A stretch of DNA of 22,187 nucleotides, taken from assembly GCA_964654465.1 (NCBI GenBank), contig CAZZIO010000004.1:1-22187 (forward strand). The letters run 5' to 3'. Made by a program: the position numbers and the translations under genes. Positions 1 to 9,979 of this stretch are shown here, piece after piece. The stretch comes from an uncultured Dictyoglomota bacterium. GTDB lineage: Bacteria; Dictyoglomota; Dictyoglomia; Dictyoglomales; Dictyoglomaceae. Every line of letters starts with the position of its first letter. Within the stretch, counting starts at the first letter, position 1. The notes beneath the pieces are model-generated. The model saw only the letters and a list, made by a program, of their open reading frames with translations. It had not been told where the DNA came from and did not search any database.

Positions 1-157
1 TGTTTGCCTTACAGAATTAGCCCAGTCATCACTACTTCCCCTATATGTTTTTTTGCCAAACACTTATTGAAACTTCGGATTCATATTTAGATGTTAAACC
101 AGATATTGAAAGGGTAAAAAGAAAAAAGACTAAGAGAAGATTAATAATCTTTTTCAT
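1..157 (-). pseudogene. 5' fragment of a secreted beta-propeller-repeat protein gene, frameshifted in an A7 run (runs off the window start)
   Basis: ATG at 157 gives MKKIINLLLVFFLFTLSISG (signal-peptide-like)...SISVWQKNI* with the stop at 41-43. Removing one base from the run at 48-54 gives WQKTYRGSSDDWANSVRQT, which matches the WQKTYGGSxxDxAxSxxQT repeat of secreted propeller proteins. Confidence 0.7.
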
Positions 158-722
158 AAGCCTTCTTTAACCTTTTTTTAAACAAATTTGGAGAAAAGAA
201 AATATAGCTGAAGTTGTGATTTATCTTTAACAATAAGCTTTTGTTTATATTCTTCTCTTTTTTATTTTAAAAAGTTCTTTAAAAACAAGTATATTTTTCT
301 TAAGCTAATAATCAATGATGAAATTAAATGAAAGTTTTGTATGGGAAGTGACAGAAAATTGAGAGATCCCAATTTGTTATTTACTTAATATCAATTTACT
401 TTTTCAAAGACTCGTGAGGAAATATTTTATTAAAAGGACTATCTTCATCTGCTACACTTATATCATTTATTGAAATAGCTTGAATTGTTATAGTTACAGA
501 TACTGTTTTTCTATTTTTGGGTAAATAATTGAAACTTGTGGGGTTGCGTATGAAAAGAATATTATAAGTGAGTTTAATTTTGCTTGTCTTTAACAGTGAG
601 CTTTATTTTCTGCCTTGTAATTATTTTAAAAATTTCCAGGGAGGGGTGGTGCCGATTATAGGTTAGTACGAATTGCCTGATTCTCTAATCATTATTTAAT
701 CTTCTATCCTCCTTTATCTATA

Positions 723-731
723 TGGTAAACT
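723..731 (+). promoter_or_regulatory. Putative extended -10 promoter (TGgTAAACT) for the DUF2961 gene
   Basis: TGn plus TAAACT about 30 nt upstream of the start; SD AGGAGG at 755-760. Confidence 0.4.
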
Positions 732-766
732 ATGTTAATAAATTTTGAAAATTCAGGAGGATGAAT

Positions 767-1870
767 ATGGAATATGCATATACATCTTTAAGATCTCTGA
801 TGTTTCAGAGGAACATAAAGAGAAAGAGAATATCAAGTTATGATAAAAGTGGGGGGAATAAAGATTTTATACAAATAAAGGCAGGAGAAAGTAAGGTTTT
901 AGCAGATATAGAAGGTCCAGGGGCAATAGTTCATATATGGATGACTTTTAGGTCAAATGAGAAGCATTTTTTGAGATTAGGGATTTTAAGAATGTGGTGG
1001 GATGAGGAGGAAAATCCGAGTGTTGAGGTTCCTATAGGAGACTTTTTTGGAGGTGGTCATTGTAAGACTGAGAATTTTGTTTCTTTACCAATACAGATGA
1101 GTCCAGAAAATGGTAAAGGATTTAACTTATGGTTTCCTATGCCCTTTAAAAAGAGAGCTGTTATTTCTATAGAAAATCAGAATTTTTCTCAAGATTTAAT
1201 TGTATATTTTTATATTGATTACGAGTTGTGGCCAGAGTTTCCAGAGAATACATTATATTTTCATTCCCAATGGAGAAGGGAGATTGCGAAGGGTAAAAGT
1301 GAAGAAGATATAGTAAAGGAGATAATTTCAGGACCGGAATCTGCATTTGGTATAAGCTCAGGTTTTATCATGAATGATGTTTTTCAATTTGGGGGTGAAA
1401 ATAGGACTGGTGAGAGTAATTATGTAATATTAGAGGCAGAAGGTAAAGGGCATTATGTGGGATGCTTTTTGTTTATACATAATAGGAGAGAAGTGGATTT
1501 ATTCAATTGGTATGGAGAGGGAGATGATATGATATTCATTGATGGTGAAAAATGGCCACCATCATTACATGGCACAGGTACTGAAGATTATTTTAATATG
1601 GCATGGTGTCCTACTCAAAAATATTCTGCTCCTTACCATGGTTTGATATTACCAGGTGAGAATAATTGGAAGGGATATATTACTCTTTATAGGTTCCATA
1701 TAGAGGATCCTATTTATTTTGAGAAGTCTATAAAGGTAACTATAGAAAAGGGACATAACAATAATAGATATGATGATTATTCCTCTACTGCCTTTTGGTA
1801 CCAAACAGAACCTCATTTACCTTTTCCTAAGATTCTTGATCCTATATTGAGGATACCTTTCTCAGATTAA
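767..1870 (+). CDS. DUF2961 / glycoside hydrolase family 172 protein
   Basis: Motifs SSYDKSGGNKD, GPGAIVHIWMT, PSVEVPIGDFFG, FPMPF, WYGEGD, GTGTEDYFN, YRFHIEDPIYF, STAFWYQ. SD AGGAGG (755-760) abuts ATG761 and is 6 nt from ATG767, so 767 is the preferred start. Confidence 0.9.
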   Translation: MEYAYTSLRSLMFQRNIKRKRISSYDKSGGNKDFIQIKAGESKVLADIEGPGAIVHIWMTFRSNEKHFLRLGILRMWWDEEENPSVEVPIGDFFGGGHCKTENFVSLPIQMSPENGKGFNLWFPMPFKKRAVISIENQNFSQDLIVYFYIDYELWPEFPENTLYFHSQWRREIAKGKSEEDIVKEIISGPESAFGISSGFIMNDVFQFGGENRTGESNYVILEAEGKGHYVGCFLFIHNRREVDLFNWYGEGDDMIFIDGEKWPPSLHGTGTEDYFNMAWCPTQKYSAPYHGLILPGENNWKGYITLYRFHIEDPIYFEKSIKVTIEKGHNNNRYDDYSSTAFWYQTEPHLPFPKILDPILRIPFSD

Positions 1871-1885
1871 TTTTTGGGATTAAAA

Positions 1886-2701
1886 ATGTCTATAAAGGAA
1901 AATAAGAAAAGAGAGGCTTTTATTAATAGGACGTTTATAGCCTTTATGGTTCTTTTTTCTATCTTATTTTTATTCACAAGTATTTATTTTTATATAAATT
2001 ATGGGGACAAGGAAGAAGAGCTTTCTGTTTTATTCATTATTTTGTTTTTGGCATCTTTTATTGGTGGTATAGTTTACATGCCGGTTCATCTTGAGTTCTT
2101 AAAGTATAAAGAATATAATTTATGCACTGCTATTTCTAATTATTTGTTAATGCTTATTGAGAGTACTATAATCTTTTATGGCTTTTCTCTAAGTGAGACA
2201 AATCTTGGATGGTATACCCAGTGGTTTATTATTGCTCTTTATATATTTTTGGGTATTCATTTTTTCTCATATCCTAAGTCTTTCAAAATGTCATTAATGT
2301 CGATAATGCCATATATTGTTTTTATCTTGCTAAATCTAAAAGATGGGGATGGAAAGATCAGCTCAATAATTTTTTTGATATCCAAGGAAGGATATATCTT
2401 TTCTCTTGCTCTTTTATTTTCTGGCTTTTTAATGTTTTTTATTCCTTGGTTAAGGTTAAGAGTAATTAATGCTGAAAAGAATGTTCTGTCAATTTTTAAG
2501 GTTTACAGTCTTTTATATTCTCTTTTTATTTTAATTCCTGGTTTATGGTTTCTAAGTTCAGGGTTAAGAAATTATTTTAGTAGTAGTACTCTTTATTCTA
2601 ATGTTATAAGTATTGTTTATTTTATCTATATATTGGTGGAAAAAATTAAGAGTCTGACCAAGGAATTTTTGTTTTTTATTACCTTAAAAGATAATGATTA
2701 A
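1886..2701 (+). CDS. Hypothetical polytopic membrane protein (about 8 TM segments)
   Basis: Alternating hydrophobic helices and no family motif recognised. ATG1886 is preferred over TTG1874. Confidence 0.7.
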   Translation: MSIKENKKREAFINRTFIAFMVLFSILFLFTSIYFYINYGDKEEELSVLFIILFLASFIGGIVYMPVHLEFLKYKEYNLCTAISNYLLMLIESTIIFYGFSLSETNLGWYTQWFIIALYIFLGIHFFSYPKSFKMSLMSIMPYIVFILLNLKDGDGKISSIIFLISKEGYIFSLALLFSGFLMFFIPWLRLRVINAEKNVLSIFKVYSLLYSLFILIPGLWFLSSGLRNYFSSSTLYSNVISIVYFIYILVEKIKSLTKEFLFFITLKDND

Positions 2702-2738
2702 AAGTAAGTGATGAAATTGTTAGAAAGGAGTATATGAA

Positions 2739-4007
2739 ATGATAAGTCTTGATAATTATTTTAAAATTTATCCAAAGGTAGTAGGAGCAAATACAAAATC
2801 GATTATAACTTTAGAACCTAAATTTTCCCATTGGAAAATACCCGAAGTTGAAGTTAAAGTTTTCCATTCTCCTGTTAGTTATAATAGTAGACAAGAATAT
2901 AAGAGGCTTGAAGTAAAGCGTGATAGGAATAAGCTTTATATAGAGGGTTTCTTTGAAGAGGAACAAGAACATGTGATCTATATAGATATAGGCAATAAAA
3001 ATTTTTCTTTTTCAATATATTCGGTGAATGATGATCTTTTAATGAGAATACCCTATAAAGGTGATTTGCATATTCATACTTATTATTCTGATGGATTAGA
3101 ATCTCCTTCCTATGTGGCAAGTTCTTGTAGAAGAATAGGTTTAGATTTTGTAGCTATTACAGATCATGGTAAATATTTTCCTTCTATTGAGGCTATTGAC
3201 ACCTTTAAAGATTTAGATTTGGGGTTTAAGATATTTCCTGGAGAAGAGGTCCATCCTCCCAATAATCCCTTACATATTGTAAACTTTGGAGGAAAGTTTA
3301 GTGTCAATGAATTATTTGAAAGAGAAAGAGAAAAATATAATCGGGAGGTCTGGGAGATAGAGGAAAAGTTAAAATTAGAAATACCAGATATTCCTGAAAG
3401 ATATCAATTAGCATCCTCTATATGGTCTTTTAATAAAATAAGAGAAGCAGAAGGACTTGGTATTTTATGTCATCCATTCTGGAGAATTAAAGAAGGCTAT
3501 TATATTTCAGAAAGACTCCTTCATCTCTTATATGAAAAGAGGGTTTTTGATGCTGTGGAGATAGTGGGAGGATATCATATTTCTGAATTATCCTCTAATA
3601 ATCTTCAAATGGTTTACCATTATGAAAAAAGTAAGGGTGAAAATATTCCTGTAGTTGGAGTTACAGATGCTCATGGGTGTGATACTGGAAGTCTTTTTGG
3701 TTGGTATTATACAGTAGTTTTTTCACCAAGTTTGGAATTAAAGGATATTATAGAAAGTATAAAACTTGGATATAGTGTAGGAGTGGAGGCTATTCCAGGG
3801 AGAGAAACTAGGGTTTATGGAAGTTCAAGATTGGTACTCTTTACCCTCTTTTTAATTAGAGAAGTTTTTCCTATTCATGATAGGATATGTCAGGAAGAAG
3901 GAAATTTTATGATGAGGCATATGATGGGAAAAAGTTATGAGGATATAAACTACTATAAAAAAGATCTGGATGAATTTTATAGTTCTATAATAAGAAGATA
4001 TGATTAA
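2739..4007 (+). CDS. PHP-domain metallohydrolase/phosphoesterase with N-terminal extension
   Basis: PHP metal-ligand motifs GDLHIHTYYSDG, AITDH, GEEV, LCHP and GVTDAH; SD AAGGAG upstream. Confidence 0.85.
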   Translation: MISLDNYFKIYPKVVGANTKSIITLEPKFSHWKIPEVEVKVFHSPVSYNSRQEYKRLEVKRDRNKLYIEGFFEEEQEHVIYIDIGNKNFSFSIYSVNDDLLMRIPYKGDLHIHTYYSDGLESPSYVASSCRRIGLDFVAITDHGKYFPSIEAIDTFKDLDLGFKIFPGEEVHPPNNPLHIVNFGGKFSVNELFEREREKYNREVWEIEEKLKLEIPDIPERYQLASSIWSFNKIREAEGLGILCHPFWRIKEGYYISERLLHLLYEKRVFDAVEIVGGYHISELSSNNLQMVYHYEKSKGENIPVVGVTDAHGCDTGSLFGWYYTVVFSPSLELKDIIESIKLGYSVGVEAIPGRETRVYGSSRLVLFTLFLIREVFPIHDRICQEEGNFMMRHMMGKSYEDINYYKKDLDEFYSSIIRRYD

Positions 4008-4013
4008 TATATT

Positions 4014-4022
4014 TGGTATAAT
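4014..4022 (+). promoter_or_regulatory. Extended -10 promoter (TGgTATAAT) for the SIMPL gene
   Basis: Consensus TGnTATAAT in the short gap upstream of 4041. Confidence 0.55.
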
Positions 4023-4040
4023 AAACTAAATTTTTTTATT

Positions 4041-4772
4041 ATGGGAAGCAAGATGAAGAATGATAATGTTTTGTGGGCATTAATATTGGGAATAAGTATA
4101 ATCATAAGTGCTTTTATTTTATCCTATACATTTATTAGGATAAGGTCTTTAGATAATACTTTAACGGTTACAGGTTCTGCAAGAAAAAGGGTTACATCAG
4201 ATATAGTGAAATGGGTAGGAGTTTTTACAAGGACTGTACCTGCTAATTCACTTAATAAAGGATATCAACAGATGAGTAGAGATTTAAATTTGGTTTTAGA
4301 ATTTTTGAAAAAGAATGGCATAGATACAAATACTGTTATCATATCTCCAGTATACCTTGAACAACCTTGGCTTTATAGTGATAGGCAATATTCAAGGGAT
4401 TCCATTTTAAGACAAACGGTAGAGGTGCAATCTAATGATATTCGAAAGATAACAGAGCTTGCTAAGAATTTTCAAGAGTTAACTGATAATGGTGTAGCCT
4501 TCTCAACCCAGTCCTTAGAGTATTATTATTCTAAACTTCCAGAGTTAAGAATTAATCTTCTTTCTGAGGCAATGCAGGATGCTAAAAATAGGGCGGAAAA
4601 GATTGCAGAAAGTACTGGACAAAAAGTAGGTCCAATTAGATCTGTACATATGGGGGCTGTACAAGTCTTGGCTCCAAACTCTACAGAGATAAGCGATTAT
4701 GGAACTTACAATACCTCAACAATTGAAAAAGAAGTTATGGTGGCAGTAGTTGCTACCTTTTACCTTAAGTAG
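4041..4772 (+). CDS. SIMPL / DUF541 family membrane-anchored protein
   Basis: N-terminal TM helix, TLTVTGSA..V.SD, LLSEAMQDAKNRAEKIA..G.KVG and C-terminal EKEV..VV..TF. The start may be ATG4053. Confidence 0.88.
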   Translation: MGSKMKNDNVLWALILGISIIISAFILSYTFIRIRSLDNTLTVTGSARKRVTSDIVKWVGVFTRTVPANSLNKGYQQMSRDLNLVLEFLKKNGIDTNTVIISPVYLEQPWLYSDRQYSRDSILRQTVEVQSNDIRKITELAKNFQELTDNGVAFSTQSLEYYYSKLPELRINLLSEAMQDAKNRAEKIAESTGQKVGPIRSVHMGAVQVLAPNSTEISDYGTYNTSTIEKEVMVAVVATFYLK

Positions 4773-4774
4773 TT

Positions 4775-7441
4775 TTACTTTTTCTCTTTTTTCTTTCTCT
4801 CCTCTTCTTTGAGATGGGCTATAAACATACGGGCTCTCATCTCCAAGGATACTGTTTCCAACATGGATGGAGATGAACTCCCTTTGAATTCTTCTAATAT
4901 CTTCTTTTCTACTTCTTTATACCATTCTTGATCTTCTATTATTTTTACTTTTCCAAGGAAGTTTAAGATTATCTCCTTTATCTCTTTTAATCTTCTAAGG
5001 AAAAGTTCTAAAAGGAAAAGTATAAGGGAAGTTATAAGTAATATGGGAAGAAGATTTTTTCTTTCTATATCGGGATAGGATATTCTACGAAATACTTCTG
5101 ATGGATTTGAGAGGAACTTTCCAGATGTAAAAGAAAGAATTTTTTGGGCTAAATTATTATTGAATTTTTTTGAGGAAAATTCAGGAGAGTTTCCAAACAT
5201 CCATGGAACCTTTGCAATAATTTTTTCTTTTTCATAAATAGTAATTTGATATTTTCCTAATCTATCAATAGGGAAGGTGCCCTCATAATTTCCTGCTGAT
5301 TTTTGTATCATATTTCCTGAGAATTCTTTTCCTTCCATATCTATTACTTTGTATTTTAAATCTGCAAAGTTTATGTAATTTCCTTTTTTATCAGTATAGA
5401 TTAAGTTTATAATTCCCTTTCCTCCTTCCCCCCTTATGCTTATTTGAACCTCTGAAATCTGATGAGGAATAGATTCTCTCAACATCTCACTAAAAAAGCT
5501 TCCTAACTTAATCCATGAAAGCCATTCTCTTCCCCAGTAGGGTTTTAAAGCAGATGTAAAGGCTATAACCTGTCCTAACCCAAACTGGCCTTTTGCTAAG
5601 ATGGGATCTCCTTCAGGAGATGATAACAAGACTGGGTAAGGATATCTAGAAGAAGTTAATACATATCCTTCAAGAGGCGGAAATTCTTCTTTTTCCTCTA
5701 AATTGGCTTGGGGTAAAAATCTTTTTTCTACTATGTTAGATCTTAATAACGCTTTAGTTTCAGAGAGAAGAAGTTGGGGAAGATTTCGGATATTCCATGT
5801 ATGATAGAATCTCCCATTTCCCCAACTGGCTATATCTTTTAATAGTGGGATATTTGCATCTTCTCCTATTCCAATAGTGGAAACTGTGATGTTATTTTTT
5901 GCAAGTTCTCTTACAAGATTATAAAAATCTCCTCCCTCAGTTTGACCATCAGTGATAGCTATAATATGTTTACTCTTTAAGGGTACGCGTTGCAGTACTT
6001 CTCCTGCAGATTTTAGCGGAGGATATAAAGCAGTACCTCCCCCTGGGGATATCTTATATATAAGGGAGGATGCCTTTTCTTTATCTGAAAGAGGCCCTAA
6101 AGGTACAATCCATTGATAGGAGTGATCAAAGGCAATAAGGCCAAAATAGTCTTTTTCTTCCAAAAGGTCTATTACAAGTTGAGATGATTCTTTAGCAAGT
6201 TCTATTTTTGCTTCTCCTCCCGAGTAGCTTCCCATACTTCCAGAAGCGTCAAGTACTATTACAATAGCTACATTGCTTTTTTTAAGAATCTGTTCTGGTT
6301 TCAATGTAACAGGAAGAATGTCTTCCAAAGGAGTTCCATGATAGTTTCCAGCAGAAAAACTTTTGTCTCCTCCAAGTATAAGTAAGGTACCTCCTTTTTC
6401 TGTTACATATCTTTTTATAAGGTCCATTTTATCCAAAGAAATATCACTGGTTGGCACATTATCTATTATTACTGCTTGATAGTTATCTATCATTGGTATT
6501 TTTTTGTATTTAGGATAATCAAAATCTATTTCCCAACCTTGATTAATGAGAGCTTGAGGAAAGATGGAGGAAAAGCCCTTACCTACAAGATAAAGAATCT
6601 TGGGTTTGCCTTGCACATATACATAAGAAGAATAAAGATTATTTTCTTTGTAGGTATCATCTGAGGATAAGATTTCAACTTCTATCTCTTTTAAACCTGT
6701 TTTCTGAGAGGTTAATGAGAAGGAAAGGATATTATCTTCTTTAAGATCCTTTAGCTCATAAGTATATAGCTTTCCTTCAAATCTTATTCTTAATTTGGCG
6801 TTTTTTACCCCATAACTTTTAATTTTTATTGTTACAGGAAAAACCTGTCCTAAATGTACCATTTCCGGATTTTGAATTTTTTCTATACCTATCTCTTTAT
6901 AGAAAGATGTATTAAGAGGAAAGATATCAATCTGTATTTTTTCCTCTTTTAATTTCCTGAGAATATTTTCTATATTTCCTGCATTTTCTTGTAAATCACT
7001 TAGTAATATAATTCTTGCTGGTGTATCTTTGCTTTTTAATCCAAGTACAGTATTTACCGCATCTTCTATGTTTGTAAAATATGGATTCTTTATCCCAGTA
7101 AGTGAGGATATATCTATGTTCTCTGAAAGATCATGTTCCACATTTGTATCTCCGCCAAAAGATACTATACCTACCCTATCATAGGATTTTTTATACCTTA
7201 GTGATTCTTTTATGAAGCTTATTGCTTTTTCTCTTTCCCAAGATGGTATACTGGCAGATTGGTCTAAAAGGAAAAATACATTTGTTCTATCAGAAAAAGA
7301 TACAATCTGAAAGCCTGATAGCGCAAAGATGATAAGCAATATTTCTAGGGATCTTAATAGAGATCTTTTTCCGTATCTTTTAATGATTATATATATTATG
7401 GGGATAAGTATTAAAAAGATGGGATTTTCAAAAGATATCAT
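4775..7441 (-). CDS. Membrane-anchored protein with two vWA domains and a glutamine-amidotransferase-like domain
   Basis: N-terminal TM pair; MIDAS motifs DQSAS and DASGS with downstream LSD and ITDG; GATase-like YVTEKGGTLLILGG..SF..G.Y..TPLEDILPV and G.G.V.AFTS; C-terminal TM helix. Confidence 0.85.
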   Translation of the reverse strand: MISFENPIFLILIPIIYIIIKRYGKRSLLRSLEILLIIFALSGFQIVSFSDRTNVFFLLDQSASIPSWEREKAISFIKESLRYKKSYDRVGIVSFGGDTNVEHDLSENIDISSLTGIKNPYFTNIEDAVNTVLGLKSKDTPARIILLSDLQENAGNIENILRKLKEEKIQIDIFPLNTSFYKEIGIEKIQNPEMVHLGQVFPVTIKIKSYGVKNAKLRIRFEGKLYTYELKDLKEDNILSFSLTSQKTGLKEIEVEILSSDDTYKENNLYSSYVYVQGKPKILYLVGKGFSSIFPQALINQGWEIDFDYPKYKKIPMIDNYQAVIIDNVPTSDISLDKMDLIKRYVTEKGGTLLILGGDKSFSAGNYHGTPLEDILPVTLKPEQILKKSNVAIVIVLDASGSMGSYSGGEAKIELAKESSQLVIDLLEEKDYFGLIAFDHSYQWIVPLGPLSDKEKASSLIYKISPGGGTALYPPLKSAGEVLQRVPLKSKHIIAITDGQTEGGDFYNLVRELAKNNITVSTIGIGEDANIPLLKDIASWGNGRFYHTWNIRNLPQLLLSETKALLRSNIVEKRFLPQANLEEKEEFPPLEGYVLTSSRYPYPVLLSSPEGDPILAKGQFGLGQVIAFTSALKPYWGREWLSWIKLGSFFSEMLRESIPHQISEVQISIRGEGGKGIINLIYTDKKGNYINFADLKYKVIDMEGKEFSGNMIQKSAGNYEGTFPIDRLGKYQITIYEKEKIIAKVPWMFGNSPEFSSKKFNNNLAQKILSFTSGKFLSNPSEVFRRISYPDIERKNLLPILLITSLILFLLELFLRRLKEIKEIILNFLGKVKIIEDQEWYKEVEKKILEEFKGSSSPSMLETVSLEMRARMFIAHLKEEERKKKEKK

Positions 7442-9111
7442 GAATAGTATTTTCCTCCTTGATAGAAGAAAATCTCCATTATAAGAAGAAGAAAGACTAA
7501 GAATATTAAAGGTTTGGAGAGATCTATTTGTATAAAGCCTTTTTCTTCCTTTTTACTTTCTTCCTTTTTTGTTTCCATATTTATTTTATTAGATATATCT
7601 GATTCTTTTTGTGAAAATATGTTTACAGCGTAAAGGTATCCATTATATTCTTTAAATCCTGGAGAATCCATATAATTATCGCATCTTTTTTGAGGATCAT
7701 AAGAAAGATAGTATCTTAATAAGTTGTATATGAAGATGGGGAAGGAATCACTATATATAAAAGATGAGGATAATAGGTCAAAGGATAATACTATACCTTT
7801 TGAATTGCCTTTTTCATAAATATAGGCTACTGGTCCCTTATCAGTATATATAAGGGGTTTTAAGTTTTCATCTTTAAAGGTATAAGCATTATCAATACCT
7901 ATTCCATAAAGTTGTAAAAATCTTGTGATAGGATGCTCTTCCCAGCTTAGTATCTTAACTTTTCCTATCTTTTCTATATTTTGAGGATTAATGCCAGGAT
8001 ATCCACCTATAAATAGAAAATTTCCTGATATATCTGAGTAAGGGATTAGTCCATCGAAGATGTAAAAGTTATAATTTTTTAGGTCTACATTTATAAAATC
8101 TCTTTTGACATCGATTTTTAGATTGGGTATTGATCTTAATGCTTTCTCTAAGAATGGATTTCCAAGGGTGATAAGCAAAACCTTTGGAGAAAAGGTTGGT
8201 ATATAAAAGAAGGCTTTATTATCTTCTTGAAGGTTATCTCTTACATCTATTTCTCCTACTATTTTTCCTTTAGCCTTTGTAATCTCAGTTTTTACTACTT
8301 TTATTTCCTTGGGTTCCATTCTTATTTTTTCTTCCTTTAATTTATTGTTGTCTTGTATTATCCTTAAATTAAATTCTTGAGGTTTATGTGAAAAATTCCC
8401 AATTTTTAAAAATATCTCATATATATATTCATTTTTGGGAAATATTCTTCCATCTAATATCCCTATATTAAAGCTTTCTCTTCCAATAATATGTAAAAAA
8501 TATTGGTTTATAGAATCTTTTGGAATAGAGATAGGATCGCTTCCGTCAGTAAAGATATGAATTTCATGAGAGATTCCTTTGGATATACTTTCTGCCTTTC
8601 TAATACTTTCCTCTAAATTTCCTTCTCCAAGAAAGACTTTTTCTTTCTCTAATTCCTTTTCTATTTCTCTTCCATTCTTATTTAAGATAATTTCTGGTTT
8701 TTCCTTTGCTATTATCATCTTTATGTTAAAGGGATTTCTTTTGATAAGTTTTATAATCTCTGATTTTGCTTCTTGAAATCTGGATGGTAATATATCCCTT
8801 GATGCCATACTGGCAGAGGAATCTAAGATGATTATTGTGGGTTTTGATCCTATGCTGGGAAGACTAAGTATAGGTTTTGATAGAGATAATACAAGGAAAA
8901 AGAGGATAAGAAGCTGAAATAGTAAAAGTAGATTTTTAGGAAGCTTCTTAAACCATCTTCCTAAATTTTTCTCTTCAATGGTCTTTTCCCAAAGTATTAA
9001 GCTTGGTACTTTTATCTTTAGTCTTTTTGGTTTTATTAAGTAAAGGATTATAATGATAGCTTCTAAAAATAATAGGAATAGGAAGGATGGATTAAGAAAT
9101 TTTATATTCAT
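7438..9111 (-). CDS. BatA-like N-terminal double-TM + vWA domain protein
   Basis: F.NP..LFLL...I.ILYL.K...VPSL.LW...LLLLFQLL.L..LVL.LS.P (BatA N-terminus); MIDAS DSSASM; SRF..AK; FTDG; C-terminal TM. Overlaps both neighbours by 4 nt. Confidence 0.85.
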   Translation of the reverse strand: MNIKFLNPSFLFLLFLEAIIIILYLIKPKRLKIKVPSLILWEKTIEEKNLGRWFKKLPKNLLLLFQLLILFFLVLSLSKPILSLPSIGSKPTIIILDSSASMASRDILPSRFQEAKSEIIKLIKRNPFNIKMIIAKEKPEIILNKNGREIEKELEKEKVFLGEGNLEESIRKAESISKGISHEIHIFTDGSDPISIPKDSINQYFLHIIGRESFNIGILDGRIFPKNEYIYEIFLKIGNFSHKPQEFNLRIIQDNNKLKEEKIRMEPKEIKVVKTEITKAKGKIVGEIDVRDNLQEDNKAFFYIPTFSPKVLLITLGNPFLEKALRSIPNLKIDVKRDFINVDLKNYNFYIFDGLIPYSDISGNFLFIGGYPGINPQNIEKIGKVKILSWEEHPITRFLQLYGIGIDNAYTFKDENLKPLIYTDKGPVAYIYEKGNSKGIVLSFDLLSSSFIYSDSFPIFIYNLLRYYLSYDPQKRCDNYMDSPGFKEYNGYLYAVNIFSQKESDISNKINMETKKEESKKEEKGFIQIDLSKPLIFLVFLLLIMEIFFYQGGKYYS

Positions 9112-9977
9112 TTAAGCCATCCTCCCATCCTTAAGTATCTAAAAAGTAGATCTTCCACCGGGATAACGGTGGATGTTCTCATATATTCTGCATTAGTTTT
9201 TAAAGCGAAATTTTCTATATCTTTTAGGAATTTATCTAAAGTCTTTTTGTAATTCTCTATTAGGGATTTATCCAAATATAGATTGATTATTTCATTGGTT
9301 TCGCTATCAATTAACTGGAGATTTCCTTCATATGGAGGAGATATTTCCTCTTCTGAGATCACATGAATTAAATATACTGGAAGTTTTTTGTATCTTGCAT
9401 ATAAGATTCCATCTTTATAGGGTGAAAGAAAATCTGATATTACCATTAAAATAGCTCTTCTTTTAAGAGATGAGACATATTTTTTTATGACTTCATTTAA
9501 ATTTGTTTTTCCTTGAGCCTCTAATTTATTAAGCTGATCTAATAATTTGAATATATTTTCTCTTTTCCTCTCTAAGGAGATGATTCCTTTTATATCATCT
9601 TGGAAGTATGTGACGGTGACTTTTTCCCAGGCTGAAAGGCTTAAATAACTGAAGGCTAAGGCTAATTTTTTCCCATAGAAGAATTTGGTTGGAATTCCAA
9701 AGTCCATAGATAAGGAGCTATCAAGTAGAATATGTACTTCTAAGTCTTCCTCTTCTTCAAAGAGTTTTACAAGAAATTTTTCAAAACGAGCGTATATATT
9801 CCAATCCAAATACCTAAGTTCATCTCCTATTTGATAAGTTCGGTAATCTGAAAACTCTGTGCCTTTTCCTGTTTTGGGACTTTTCCTTTCCCCCACATTA
9901 CTTATTATCCTAATTTTTTTAACTGCTAATCTTAATTTCTCTATTTTTTCTAAAAATTCTGTATCTAATATTTCCAT
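9108..9977 (-). CDS. DUF58 family protein (MoxR-associated, vWA-like)
   Basis: G.G.EFSDYR.Y..GDELRYLDWNIYAR, VKLFEEE, LDSSLSM, ISDFL. Confidence 0.92.
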   Translation of the reverse strand: MEILDTEFLEKIEKLRLAVKKIRIISNVGERKSPKTGKGTEFSDYRTYQIGDELRYLDWNIYARFEKFLVKLFEEEEDLEVHILLDSSLSMDFGIPTKFFYGKKLALAFSYLSLSAWEKVTVTYFQDDIKGIISLERKRENIFKLLDQLNKLEAQGKTNLNEVIKKYVSSLKRRAILMVISDFLSPYKDGILYARYKKLPVYLIHVISEEEISPPYEGNLQLIDSETNEIINLYLDKSLIENYKKTLDKFLKDIENFALKTNAEYMRTSTVIPVEDLLFRYLRMGGWLK

Positions 9978-9979
9978 AG

